Of a DNA stretch of 64,000 nt, positions 51,940 to 64,000 are shown one piece after another. This DNA comes from Octopus sinensis (lineage: Eukaryota), in the NCBI RefSeq assembly GCF_006345805.1, contig NC_042997.1, positions 55,986,001 to 56,050,000 on the forward strand. The letters are read 5' to 3'. The notes beneath the pieces were generated by a model. It saw nothing but the letters and a program-made list of their open reading frames with translations, did not search any database and was not told where the DNA came from. The position numbers and the translations under genes were made by a program. Positions within the stretch are counted from its first letter, which is position 1. Each line of letters starts with the position of its first letter.

Positions 51940-52929
51940 CAATTACAGTGTGGAAGGCAAAAGTTAGCCATATGCAGAAACACTCAGAAAGGCCATTTAT
52001 TCATAATATAACATCAAAATTTTTGTCACTCAAAACTGTGATTAATATATGTATGTATATATCTATGTGTGTGTGTTTGTTCTCCACCACCGCTGAACCA
52101 GTGCTGCTTTGTTTATGTAGCATTAACTTTGAGGTTTGGCATAAGAGACTGGTAAAATAAGTACCAAACTTTAAAATATAAGTACCGTGATTGATTCATT
52201 CAGCTAAAACCCTTCAGAGTGACGGCCCAGCATGGCTACAGTCCAATACCTGAAACAAGTAAGAGATAAAATAAACAAACATACATATATACATACATGC
52301 ATGCATACATATGTACATGCATGCACATACACACACACATACATATATACATACATACATGCAGCATGAATGAGAGAGGAGAGGAGGGAGATCTCAGAAT
52401 TATTACAAACAAAAATTCAAAACTGCCACATCCCTTTATTACTGCCACATACTTTTGTGTGTGAAAATATAGAAGATACTAAATGGCTAAACTCTAAATA
52501 AAAATATATATGAATGGAGATATATATTGAGTGGGTGCATAAGAGTTTATAATTAAATTGCTGGTTAATCAATGCCAATTTGTAGTTTTAGTTCATAAGT
52601 ATTATAAAATAATATGAAATATTTTAACTCACCTCCTACCTATATGAGTACCCTTGCATTTTGAGATAATATAAGTCAAGCTATGTTTCCCTAAATTTAC
52701 CTAGGATAAATTTTTATTGACAAACATAATATTGCCTCATCTCAGTTTTGTTCTTTAAGATTCATCCAACCTTGAGCCTATTAACAATTGCCTTTCACCA
52801 GTAGAAAACTTCATATGGCAGAATACTTTCTTGAGCAAGATAATATTGATAAATGTATATCTTTTACATACACAGCTTGCATTTTTGTATGTATATGTGT
52901 GTATGAGTATGTGTGTGTGTGGGTATGCC

Positions 52930-53094
52930 TTTTACACACAGGTATGCATACACATACAAACTTATTCGTATATATGTATGTGTGCATGTGTTTTTATATA
53001 TATATACATACACACAAACACTCCCACATACATAGAGGAAAAGACATTTATGCATAAAATGTCCTTTGCATATATATATATGTGTGTGTATTTA

Positions 53095-53137
<43 letters not shown>

Positions 53138-53376
53138 ATGTATATATGTATGTATGTATATATATATGTATATATATATATGTATATATATGTATGTATA
53201 TATATATGTATGTATATATATATATATATGTATATATATGTATGTATGTATATATATATATGTATATATTTATGTATATATGTATGTATATGTATAAATA
53301 TATATGTAGGTATATATATACACACAGACACATACACACATGCATGTGCACACATTATATATGTACATACATTCAG

Positions 53377-53445
<69 letters not shown>

Positions 53446-53460
53446 TGTGTGTGTGTGTGT
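52930..53460. repeat. Compound (TA)/(TG)/(TATG) microsatellite
   Basis: Directly visible. Confidence 0.95.
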
Positions 53461-53791
53461 AAAGGACATATTTTAACAGAAGCAAGAGGGAATAAGAAGA
53501 AGAAAAAATATTTTTTAAAAATATAAGAGAAAATCTTGAAAAGACATTTTGCTCTTATAAATTATTTGGTTGCTATGACAAGCATTCTCCAAGGTAATGC
53601 TGAGCTTCAGAATTAAGCATATGGATTGCGCTGAGGAGCTCTCAGAGCAATTCAGAGGAAAGCAGTGAATCTTGGACTATTGGAACCCTGTTGTTTTACT
53701 TTTTTTTTTTTTTTTGCATGCCTAAGAGGGAAAATGAATAAAAACTTGAAAGGAAAGCAAAGGAATATATCTGGTTTTATCATGTGTCCAG

Positions 53792-53831
53792 CGTGCTCCA
53801 CACCGCCTCCTTAAGTCTATAAATATTCCTT
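53792..53831 (+). CDS. Weak candidate exon (phase 0/1): RAPHRLLKSINIP
   Basis: Acceptor GGTTTTATCATGTGTCCAG, donor GTGAGT. Only one frame is open. Confidence 0.3.
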
Positions 53832-54394
53832 GTGAGTTTTCCCCACACTGCATTTAGTATTCAACTAATTAAGTAACATTTGAAGTGTGTGTTTGTGTGT
53901 ATATATATGCACATGTGTGTGTGTGTAAAAGCATAGATACCAGTAAATGTAGTGTGTATGTATAATGTACATACAAAGAGATAGATAAATGTTGTCTTCT
54001 TTCTATTGCCTGAACAAATGCATACATGTAAGAAACTCAGAGTAGTGACAGGGGAAATATCAGTATTGGGCAAATGCTGATTTGTGTGTATGTGTGTGTG
54101 TGATAAAGAGCATAAATAATGGGCTTCACATATTCCTTTATTCATGCAGTTTTGACTTACAGCTGTAAGTCAAAATTGCACAGATAAAGAAATATGTAAA
54201 GCCCAGTTATTCATGCCTTTTCTTGAATATTTCTCCTTGAGAAAGACCAATTTCACTCAGAATACAACCACTGATTTACAAAATTGACTGGTGTTTGACT
54301 TCAGCCATGGACCCTGCCATAGGTTTATGTGGAATTCTTTATTAAAATCTAAATCTATCCTCTAAATTTTGTTTGCCTGATGTATTTGTATTAA

Positions 54395-54607
54395 CCCTTT
54401 CATTACTGTATTTATTTTGAGATGTTCTGTGTTTCTTTCAATTATTTTAAAGAATTTGAAGAATTTAGTAAAATAACTTAGTTATCATTAAGTTAGAGGT
54501 AAGAATATAAATTGGGACTAAGGTTTGGTGGAAGATTTTAATTCAAAACTTATGAAAACAAGACTACAGAGCCAGAGCCAGTTTTAGCTGGGTTGGTAAC
54601 GAAAGGG
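54395..54607 (+). mobile_element. piggyBac-like MITE (second family)
   Basis: TTAA at 54391-54394 and 54608-54611. TIR CCCTTTCATTAC / GTAACGAAAGGG (11 of 12 match). Confidence 0.85.
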
Positions 54608-54814
54608 TTAACAGAGAGCTTATGAAGTATTTTGCCCAAATTTAAAATCCCTCATTAATAACTCATTATTCTGATAACACAGACACACACACTCACTCAT
54701 ACATATTTAGTTACACACACGAACACACACACATACATACATGTATGTGTGTGAGCATAATGCAGTCAACTGGTGAATTTGTTAGAACATAGGACAAATA
54801 CATTGCAGTACTCT

Positions 54815-55212
54815 TTACTCTTTTACTCTTTTACATGTTTCAGTCATTTGACTGTGGCCATGCTGGAGCACTGCCTTTAATCGAGCAACTCGACCCCGGG
54901 ACTTATTCTTTTGTAAGCCCAGTACTTATTCTATCGGTCTCTTTCCCGAACCGCTAAGTAACGGGGACATAAACACACCAGCATCGGTTGTCAAGCAATG
55001 CTAGGGAGACAAACACAGACACACAAACACACACACACGCATATATACATATATATACGACGGGCTTCTTTCAGTTTCCGTCTACCAAATCCACTCACAA
55101 GGCTTTGGTCGGCCCGAGGCTATAGCAGAAGACACTTGCCCAAGGTGCCATGCAGTGGGACTGAACCTGGAACCATGTGCTTCGTAAACAAGCTACTTAC
55201 CACACAGCCACT
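54815..55212 (-). mobile_element. Young full-length SINE family A
   Basis: CpGs are retained and the copy is nearly identical to 4851-5140. Confidence 0.92.
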
Positions 55213-55519
55213 TTTTTTGAGTTGTTAGTTCAAATCCTACCCAAGTTATCTTTGCCTTTTATCATTCCAAAAGTTGAGATTAAAATAAAGTACCAGTGAA
55301 GTACAAGGTCACTTTCACTCCTTTCTGCCACCCTCCACTCTGGTTATTTGCATTTATATGAGGATGCCAGTTGGTACCCAAGCAGTAGTAAAAAATCTCT
55401 AAGTTGTTGCTGAAAATGTTAAAGAGAAAAAGAAAAGGAAAACCTTTTCACCCCAGAAGTAGATATGACAGGTGTGTGTGTGACCCAATATGCAGCATGC
55501 ACTGAATGGACTAAGGCCA

Positions 55520-55534
55520 CGTGTATGTGTATGC

Positions 55535-55568
<34 letters not shown>

Positions 55569-56294
55569 GTGTGTATATATATATGTATGTATGTATGTGT
55601 GTATATATATATGTATGTATGTATGTGTGTATATATATATGTATGTATGTATGTGTGTATATATATATGTATGTATGTATGTGTGTATATATATATGTAT
55701 GTATGTATGTGTGTATATATATATGTATGTATGTATGTGTGTATATATATATGTATGTATGTATGTGTGTATATATATATGTATGTATGTATGTGTGTAT
55801 ATATATATGTATGTATGTATGTGTGTATATATATATGTATGTATGTGTGTGTGTATATATATATGTATGTATGTGTGTGTGTATATATATATGTATGTAT
55901 GTATGTGTGTATATATATATGTATGTATGTATGTGTGTATATATATATGTATGTATGTATGTGTGTATATATATATGTATGTATGTATGTGTGTATATAT
56001 ATATGTATGTATGTGTGTATATATATATATATATGTATGTATGTGTGTATATATATATATATATGTATGTATGTGTGTATATATATGTATATGTATGTAT
56101 GTGTGTATATATATGTATATGTATGTATGTACGTATGTATATATATATATATGTATGTACGTGTATATATATATATATATATATGTGTTATGTACGTATG
56201 TATATATATATATATATATATGTGGTGTGTGTGTGTGTATATATATATACATATATATACATATATATATATATACATATTATACATATATATA

Positions 56295-56370
<76 letters not shown>
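55520..56370. repeat. 28-bp higher-order minisatellite (GT)3(AT)5(GTAT)3 grading into (TA)n and (GA)n
   Basis: GTGTGT occurs at 55569 and 55597. The ORF track shows a matching 28-aa (3 x 28 nt) periodicity. Confidence 0.95.
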
Positions 56371-56372
<2 letters not shown>

Positions 56373-57009
56373 TGTCATCATACATTCTTTCTTTCCTTCT
56401 TTCTAGCATGAATTGAATGGCCCCTTTATACTGTGACACATGTCACAGTACTTAATAATCTGGCACACACACACACCGTGACAGAAAATCATCAGTCTTG
56501 TGGTTGTATATATGTTTGGGGTTTTTATGAAGGGTATGATTTTAATGATTGGGTATTCTTCCTACCTCCAATCACTTTATACTTTGAACTAGGTACATTT
56601 TATCATGCCATTAACACTAGGGATATTGTATGTGAGAGAGATCCAAGCTCTTGCTTCTGCTTTGTATGTAGATTGCTGAGTCAACATCTTTTTCGATTGT
56701 TCTTTTCGCATACCTCTTACTTGTTTTATTCATCAGACTGTGGTCATGCTGGGGCACTGCCTTGAATTTTTAGCCAAATGAATCAATGTTTTTTTAAGCT
56801 TGGTACTTATTCTATCAGTCTCTTTTGCCAAGCTGCTAAGTTACAGGGACGCAAACACACCAACACCAGTTGTCAAGTGGTTGTAGGAAGACAAACACGG
56901 ACACAATGACATACACACACACACACACACAAACATATGTATATGTGTTGTTGGCATCCTTTTGTCTCGGGTGACAATGGAGTTGCGTATAAACTAATCC
57001 AGTCTGGTT

Positions 57010-57365
57010 TTTACATTTCATGTCCTCTCCTATTTCCTCTCCAGTTTTCCGCAGGCCTGGGCTAGATGTAAGAAAATCCTGGGTAGCCCAATCGTCAGGA
57101 TTCCTCTCTCGACCTTGCTGATGTAGTCCAAAGGAGTGCAGAGCATTACGTTTGGTTGCAGGAGCTTGGTTGCAGGAGCTGCCGTAAGAGTGTCAAGTTG
57201 AACACTAAACCGCCTACCGGGCTCCACTCCAGACTTCTATGAAGGTTGTCTTCTTTCCATAACCCTGGATAGGGACCCATACTGGGTACTGTCAACCGGA
57301 ACCAGATGAGCCCAGGACTCATGTCAGGCTGGGTCGTCACTCCCTGAAGAAAATCGCTACCCACT
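57010..57365 (-). mobile_element. GC-rich interspersed element, possibly an RTE-type LINE 5' UTR
   Basis: Sharp GC/CpG island in an AT-rich background, ending at a (TA)n tract. It contains a tandem GCTCCTGCAACCAA. The resemblance to molluscan RTE leaders is from memory only. Confidence 0.4.
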
Positions 57366-57367
57366 AC

Positions 57368-57408
<41 letters not shown>

Positions 57409-58215
57409 ACACAATGAGCTTCTTTTGGTTTCCGTCTACAAAATTCACTCACAAGGCTTTGGTTGGCCCAAGGCTATAGTGGAAGACACTTGCCCAAGGT
57501 GCCATGCAGTGGGACTGAACCCAGAACTATGTGGTTGGGAAGCAAAATTCTTATCACACAGCCACATTTTTACATTACATCTCTTCAGTTTCAAAGACTA
57601 CACTGTAAAACTTATACTCATATACATTAACAAATACACATATGCATGCATATACATATGTAGGTTTATGCTTTTGTGTTAGTATGTGTATGTAAATATA
57701 GCTGTGATGATGAAGCTCCTTTCACATCCACATTGCTTGTGGTTCAGTCCTACCACAAGACATCTTGTGCAGGTGTCTTACACAATAGCCTCAGGCCAAC
57801 CAATGTCATGTGAGTGAAAGTGGTTGGTGGAAACTGTGCAAAACCCATCATATGTGTGTGTGTGTATCTTTAAGGAATGCATTCCTGATGGAAACTGAGT
57901 GAAGTATGAGCACCTGAGAAAGAAGTACTTTATTTGTGGAGGTAGAAATCTTAATTTATACCAGTAAAACATTTGCAGCCCAACTTGATGAAGGAAAGCA
58001 GCAGGTGATCTGTGCTATAATCAATAATACAGTGGAAATGTGATACATACACTGTTTGAGTCCCATCAGAGGGCTTATTCTTTTTCTGCCTCAAGTTTGC
58101 ATTTATATCTTCCATTTATATTAAAGTCTTAGTCATTACTCCATAATTATATGTGTATGAGCATAGATATTTCAGTGTGTATATACAATATATACATATG
58201 GGTATGTTTGTATAC

Positions 58216-58263
<48 letters not shown>

Positions 58264-59752
58264 TGTACATGTGTGTGTGTGTGTGTGAGACACACACACA
58301 CACATACATTTCCATCCGTACATGATGTTCATGAAGAATACAAGATTCTTTGGAAAAGACAAATTGCTCATTTGATTTTCAAAAATAATTCCTACAGTGT
58401 CTTGGTTTGATTGAAGACTGCAATATATTTTATATTCTTTTGCATACTCAACTCATGTGAGAAATCCTTAGAGATCTATTGATGGTTACTAACCATAGAC
58501 TTAGAACTATTGTATTTGAATCAATGATTCAGTGGGATATCTGGTTTGTGTCGTTTATAGAATTTATTATAGATGGAATTTCAAAAGTATTTTGAAGTTA
58601 AATGTTCTTTCTCAGTTTCAAAAGTAGTAGGGTTTTATAACAAGGGCTTTCATTGTTATGATAAAGTTCTTATTATTTTTGGTGTTAATTGATTTTATGT
58701 TCCTGTTCAGTATATGTATTAGCATGTGATGTGTGTTAGCCCCAGGTCAGCTTTCATCAAAACAGACCTGTGATCAAAAGCTTTCAAACTATGCCGTCAA
58801 TCCTTTATTAAAGCATTAGTATATCCTGAATAACATCAAATGTGTCTGTTTTTAAAGACAAATGGGTATCACTTCAGACAAACATATCTACTATTTTGAA
58901 TGGTCAGCTGACTGCACAAAGGTTCGATGATTGGCTCAATGTTAATAAAGATGATTTTTAGTTTTAGTTCTATATTAAATATCATTAAAGAAAGCACTGA
59001 AAACTTCATCATATGTTGTATGCTATAACAGATTAATCTGATGTACTTGTCTTCAAGTCATATCCACATGAGGATTAGGCATAATCACTAGATGCTAATG
59101 AATCACTCCTTAATTATTCATGCCTAAGCTTTTAACAGCAGTGAGCTACATCTGTCCACACTTGAGCCAAAGTGAGAGCCTGTATGTGGCAGTTCTCTGT
59201 CTTCTGAATTTCAATCCAGCTGAGGTTAATTTACACCCTTTCACTGGTGGATTTCTGAAATTAACTGAGCATTGGATGATATGATTCACATGCTCTTTTC
59301 TGCATATTCTTTGAATTCTAAGTTCAAATTCCACCTAGGATCCAACAGTTAGGGCTAATTTACACTGGCCAGCATGAGACTTCAACCAACATTGATAAGC
59401 TAATAGTTAGTGGCCCAATCCAGAAGTGGGTTCACAATAACTGAATGGAAAGAGAAGTTCAGAGTACTTTAAATAGAAAAGAAACTGGGTGGTCATGGTT
59501 GGAACCCCTTTATCATATGTCTGCATGATCAGAGCTGACTGAGGATAACAACAAAAATGTATCTATACTATCTCTTTTTAAAGAAGAATGAACAAAGCTA
59601 AAGAGCCTTCATAATTTTTTTCATTGACATAATCACAATGGACCCCTTGGATAGGAATATGACATCCTATTGACTCAGTTAACTGCAGCTTTTATACAAC
59701 TTTATGGCATTCTCTGAAACTCATGCGTTCATTAGTTTTTGTGTGTGTTAAA

Positions 59753-59965
59753 AGGTGGCGAGCTGGCAGAAATTTTAGCAAGCCGGGCTAAATGCTTAGC
59801 ACTATTTCATCTGTCTTTACATTCTGAGTTCAAATTCTGCCAAGGTTGACTTTACCTTTCATCCTTTCGAGGTCAATAGATTAAGTACCAGTTGCATACT
59901 GGGGTCGATCTAATCGACTGGCCCCCACTCCAAAAATTTCGAGCCTTGTGCCTAGAGTAGAAAAA
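59753..59965 (+). mobile_element. SINE family B
   Basis: GGTGGCGAGCTGGCAGAAA..GAGTTCAAATTCTGCC..CCTTTCATCCTTTCGAGGTC..AAGTACCAG. Confidence 0.9.
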
Positions 59966-62847
59966 AAAGTTTTTGTATGTGTTTGTAGAGAGAGCCACAA
60001 GAGGGGAAAAGAAAAATTAATGTAATTCAGGGAAATACTTTAGAAATTATTAAATGACAATTTGATTTTTATATAGATTATGCCTCAGTTATCTTAGTAA
60101 ATGTACATTTTCTGTGATTAGAATATACTTAAGACAATTCATCAAGTTTTTAAAATAATTTTTGAAACATACATATCCAAACATATGTAATTTTTTTGCT
60201 TATAAATTTTTTCTTAAGCTTTCAAATTTTGTTTTCCTTTTTAGACAGGAAAGCTAATATCTGTTTAATAAATGCAATTTATTCATATTTTTAAACAGTA
60301 ATAGTAAAATTATATGTCACCAGTTGGTTGTTTTGAATGTAGAAAGAAAAACAAGGACTAAGAAGTTTGAGTTGACACTTCTTGATAAGGGAAGAAATAT
60401 GTAAAGGCATTGAGTGTAATTTTATTGTACGTTGTTATTCTTGAACTTCTTCATTTACACTTCTTTTAAATATCCTTGACAATGTTTATAAAAAAAAAAA
60501 ACATTTTTTTAAACCCTAGATAAAACTATCCAGATTATATTCTGCAAGCTGAATCTCTATATGTGTGGTTTGAAAATTGTAATAAAATGTAGCTACTTTA
60601 TTGTTTGTGTGTGTCAATTTCTGTTTATATATTTGAACTTGACATTCATGTTGAATTCTTTAACTTTGTAAATATTAGTAAATATATTTTGGTGTATGTG
60701 TGTGTGTGTGTGTGTGAAAGACAGAGAGGAGGTGGGAGAGAGAGAGAGAGAGATACACATACAAAAGATTAAGATTTTTGACATTTTGATTTCTGATAGA
60801 AGTGAAAGGAAAGTATAAGGTTTCTTTTGATGTCATAGGAAGATACATCAGAACAGATTTGGCCATTTGAAAATTCCTTTGATTTTGCAATCCTGTCTGA
60901 TGGATAGGATTAGTTTTAACGGTTTATTTGGCAAAAGAAAAATATATGTACTTACCATTTACACAGCAATGAATGATCTGAATTTTCCTTCACAGTGAAA
61001 TATTAATATAGTTAATTTCAATTTTCATATTAAGTATGTAAATCTTAGGCTTTTAGGAAAATAACATTTTTGAAATTAATGTATTCTTACATTCACTTGC
61101 TTTCTGTTACTATTATTTATTCTACCTACAGCCAGGAAAAGCTTAACAGCAATACACCTGCTGTTTGTCAAATTTCAGACATGTAAATGTAACATTAATA
61201 GCTATGATCTAACTCTTTGTTATATGAGATCTTCTTAGTCTGTCTATAAGTTACAGTCTCTAATATTTATTATTGGAAGCTGTGCTATAGAAAGAAAGCT
61301 TTAATGACATATGTCTTAAATTTTCTCTCCTGAATACACAACCTAAAATAAAAAGGTGTGTGGCAATAGATAGTAAATGTAATACAATTAGAACTTACGA
61401 ATCACAAAGGAGAGTTCCTCAAGTATTGACTGAGGGAGTTGGTTCTTAGCAAAATCCAGATAAATTTTGATTTGTGGCTATTTAAATTGGAATTTTCAGT
61501 TGAGGACATTTTTCTGTTACCTAATAAGGTTTACATGTATTTCAGTTCCCTGTTAGTAATGTAGTGACTTTAAAGGGGGAAAAAATGACATGCATAACGA
61601 AGACAAATTGATATTTTTATTAATGTCCATATATTCACTTACCTCATGAATTATGATCAGTCATTTGGTACCATTACTAATCTCCGAAGATATGATTATC
61701 AATTCTGTAGTGGTTAGATAAATGATATTAAAGCTTTTTCTACTACTCACATAATATATATAACACAATATATAGTTCACAATGCAGAAAACACGGTGAT
61801 AGAAGGTCAAGTTCAGTCATCTGACATTATTTATTGTCATTGCAGAGTCAACTTTAATGGATAATTAAATTTACTTCCTTTGAAAGGTTAAGTCTGATTG
61901 TATTGTATGTATTTATACAATAAAATGCAATTCACATCTGATTGTCCTGTAAGTATTGTTATTTGATTTATACATGGTATCAATTGCTTCCCTATCAATC
62001 TTGTATTGGCCAGGCTATTTAATCACTTAGCCACTCCAATTTCTCTCAGCCTCCTCATCCACTCAACTTTTCCTTACCCCAGTCAGTCTCTTCCCAACCA
62101 CACTGAAAAACTCTCTGACAGCAGTTTTCGCATTTTAACATATAAGTGAAGTGTCATTGCAGTTCTGTTTGATATCATTGTAACATGCTACAGTAGAACT
62201 AAAGTTATTATTTGCTTTGTCCATTTACACATGAGAGACATTTGTTCCCAACTTGCTCCAGGCTAAGGTTCATCAGAGAGAAATATTTGCTTTAATATTT
62301 AGCATCATCAACACAACTGACTGCCTCAGAGCAATGCTATTATAAAAGCATAGCATTTAGGGCATGTGACAGTCATTGTATTAAAGCAGAGATTTCTTGG
62401 TGAATTGAGTTTGTATTTCAGATTCTGTTACTTCTGTTGAACCATTTCAGTTTCAGTGCTAGCACCTTTGTAAAATGGAACAACATTACACCTTTGCTAC
62501 CACCTCTCTCCTATAAATACATAAAAGAAAATCAATAGTTTGTGCTTGTTTGAAATAGCAAACCTTATCTGTATGTCTAAGAACTAGTGTTTCTGAAGTA
62601 TACTAGAGTGTTATCCATCATATGACAGTGTTGATAATATACTTTTCCCATTCAAGGTAAAATAAGGTTATGTACAATAATTATGTGTAATAATTATAAT
62701 TTTACTTTATTCAAAGTTCGGGGTGCTTAACAAAATAATTAAATGACTTGTAATGGTTAAAGTAAAAATGTTTATTAAATTAGGATAAACTTTAATTCAA
62801 CAAATTTCTCATATATTTTATACACACACACAGAAATAGAATGAGAC

Positions 62848-63225
62848 TGGCATAGCTGTGTAGTTGAGATCACTTCCTAAACACATGGTTTTGGGTTCAA
62901 TCACACTGCGTCACAACTTAAGCAATTGTCTTCAACTATAACTTCAAGCCAACCATAGTTTTGTGTATAGATTTCATAGGCAGAAACTGAAAGCTGACCA
63001 CTGTGTGCATGGGTGTGTGTGTATGTATGTTTCCTTATCTTGACATTTCACGATAGTTGTAAACAAGTGTCACAACCATACAAGTGATGTTTTTTATTTG
63101 CAAACTTCCATGAAAATATGTTCAGCCATTGCCTTTCATCCTTTCAGGGTCGATAAAAAAAAAAGTACCAGTTGAGTACTGGAGTTGATGTAATCGACTT
63201 AACCCTTTCCTTCTATAGTAGAAAG
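62848..63225 (+). mobile_element. Family A head with the alternative body, joined at about 63130 to a family B 3' fragment
   Basis: GGGTTCAATCACACTGCG.. is followed by GCCTTTCATCCTTTCAGGGTCGAT..GTACCAGTTGAGTACTGG. Confidence 0.7.
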
Positions 63226-64000
63226 AATTATTTTACTGTCCACATCCCCTTGGAATCCTAATATATACTAAAATGATATATTCCTCTATATATTCCAAAC
63301 ATTGTCATTTTCTCTGTTTCGACATTTTGTTCCTTATTGTCAGAAAACTTTCATCTTCATTCATGCCCCTAGTCATATGCTATTATCTTAGAAGGCTTAG
63401 CTGTCATTTATATAAATGTCTCTATTACTTACACTATGCATAGCTATTATAGATTGTTATAGGTGCTTGCTATTAGAAATAATTTTTCAGTTCCCATATC
63501 TTCCAGCTACTATAATATGCTAGTTTCCTATCTTTTGCTGTAAAGGTTGAAATATAATCTACTATTTTCTGGTGAAAGACATATTTCTTACCAAAAATAT
63601 TTTTATTATGTCCAGTTTCACACATACATTAAAACTTTAACAGTATGCAAGAAATTCATTCTTGCCTAATCTCCAGTATACATTTTCTAAACAGTTTATA
63701 AATTTCATCAATCAGGTTCCTCTAATTTGCTAATTCAATTTTATCATAGCGCTATTGCAACCAAAACTTTACATTATTTTTACATATACACACACACACA
63801 CACACACACATACGAATGGCAAGTAGTTTGATGTGAAACCATGAGCTGAAACTGAAGAAATTATAGAGTAAAAGAGCTATTTCTGCCAGTTAAAGATGCA
63901 TAGGATTTGTTATTCACTTTACATTTCTTTGTTGAGGTGTCAAAAATTTTCATCACATTTCTGTAACTTAGTCACTATAATGTAATTGTGTCACTTACCC

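Noticed and set aside
55541-56030. 28-bp periodic array (and the 30-bp array at 3364-3480) as a possible CRISPR array
   Set aside because: There are no unique spacers and no cas genes, and the context is eukaryotic.
49802-56416. Many long ORFs (up to 313 aa) rich in Y/I/C/M/V/H/T
   Set aside because: They are translations of (TA)n/(TG)n/(TATG)n microsatellites, which lack stop codons in several frames.
58395-62450. Further small AG..GT open segments (about 58395, 60840, 61132-61182, 62426)
   Set aside because: Such segments are expected by chance in AT-rich DNA, and they could not be linked reliably to the exon chain.

Overview
This is AT-rich, repeat-dense animal nuclear DNA, not prokaryotic sequence, and it has no CRISPR array, rRNA or intact tRNA gene. 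The dense (TA)n/(CA)n/(GA)n microsatellites and the SINE families match what I recognise from Octopus/coleoid cephalopod genomes; this is an inference, not a database result. Most of the window looks intronic. It holds at least four SINE-like families, several decayed RTE-clade LINE fragments, and non-autonomous DNA transposons (Mutator-like, piggyBac-like, Tc1/mariner-like). It also holds a near-perfect 640-bp tandem duplication and long compound microsatellites, which explain nearly all long entries in the ORF track. Several short plus-strand segments have canonical splice sites and compatible phases. The best trio is 22073-22126, 23555-23663 and 24272-24472, and 40545-40694 is also good. 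Together they suggest a large multi-exon gene for a Leu-rich, probably helical protein that I cannot name. The most striking observation is at 31317-31667: a tRNA-headed (A/B-box) short element ending in a minimal hammerhead-ribozyme core of the Penelope type, paired with an inverted second core and nested inside another SINE. Repeat boundaries were read by eye and may be off by about 5-15 bp. Family names A-D are my own working labels.
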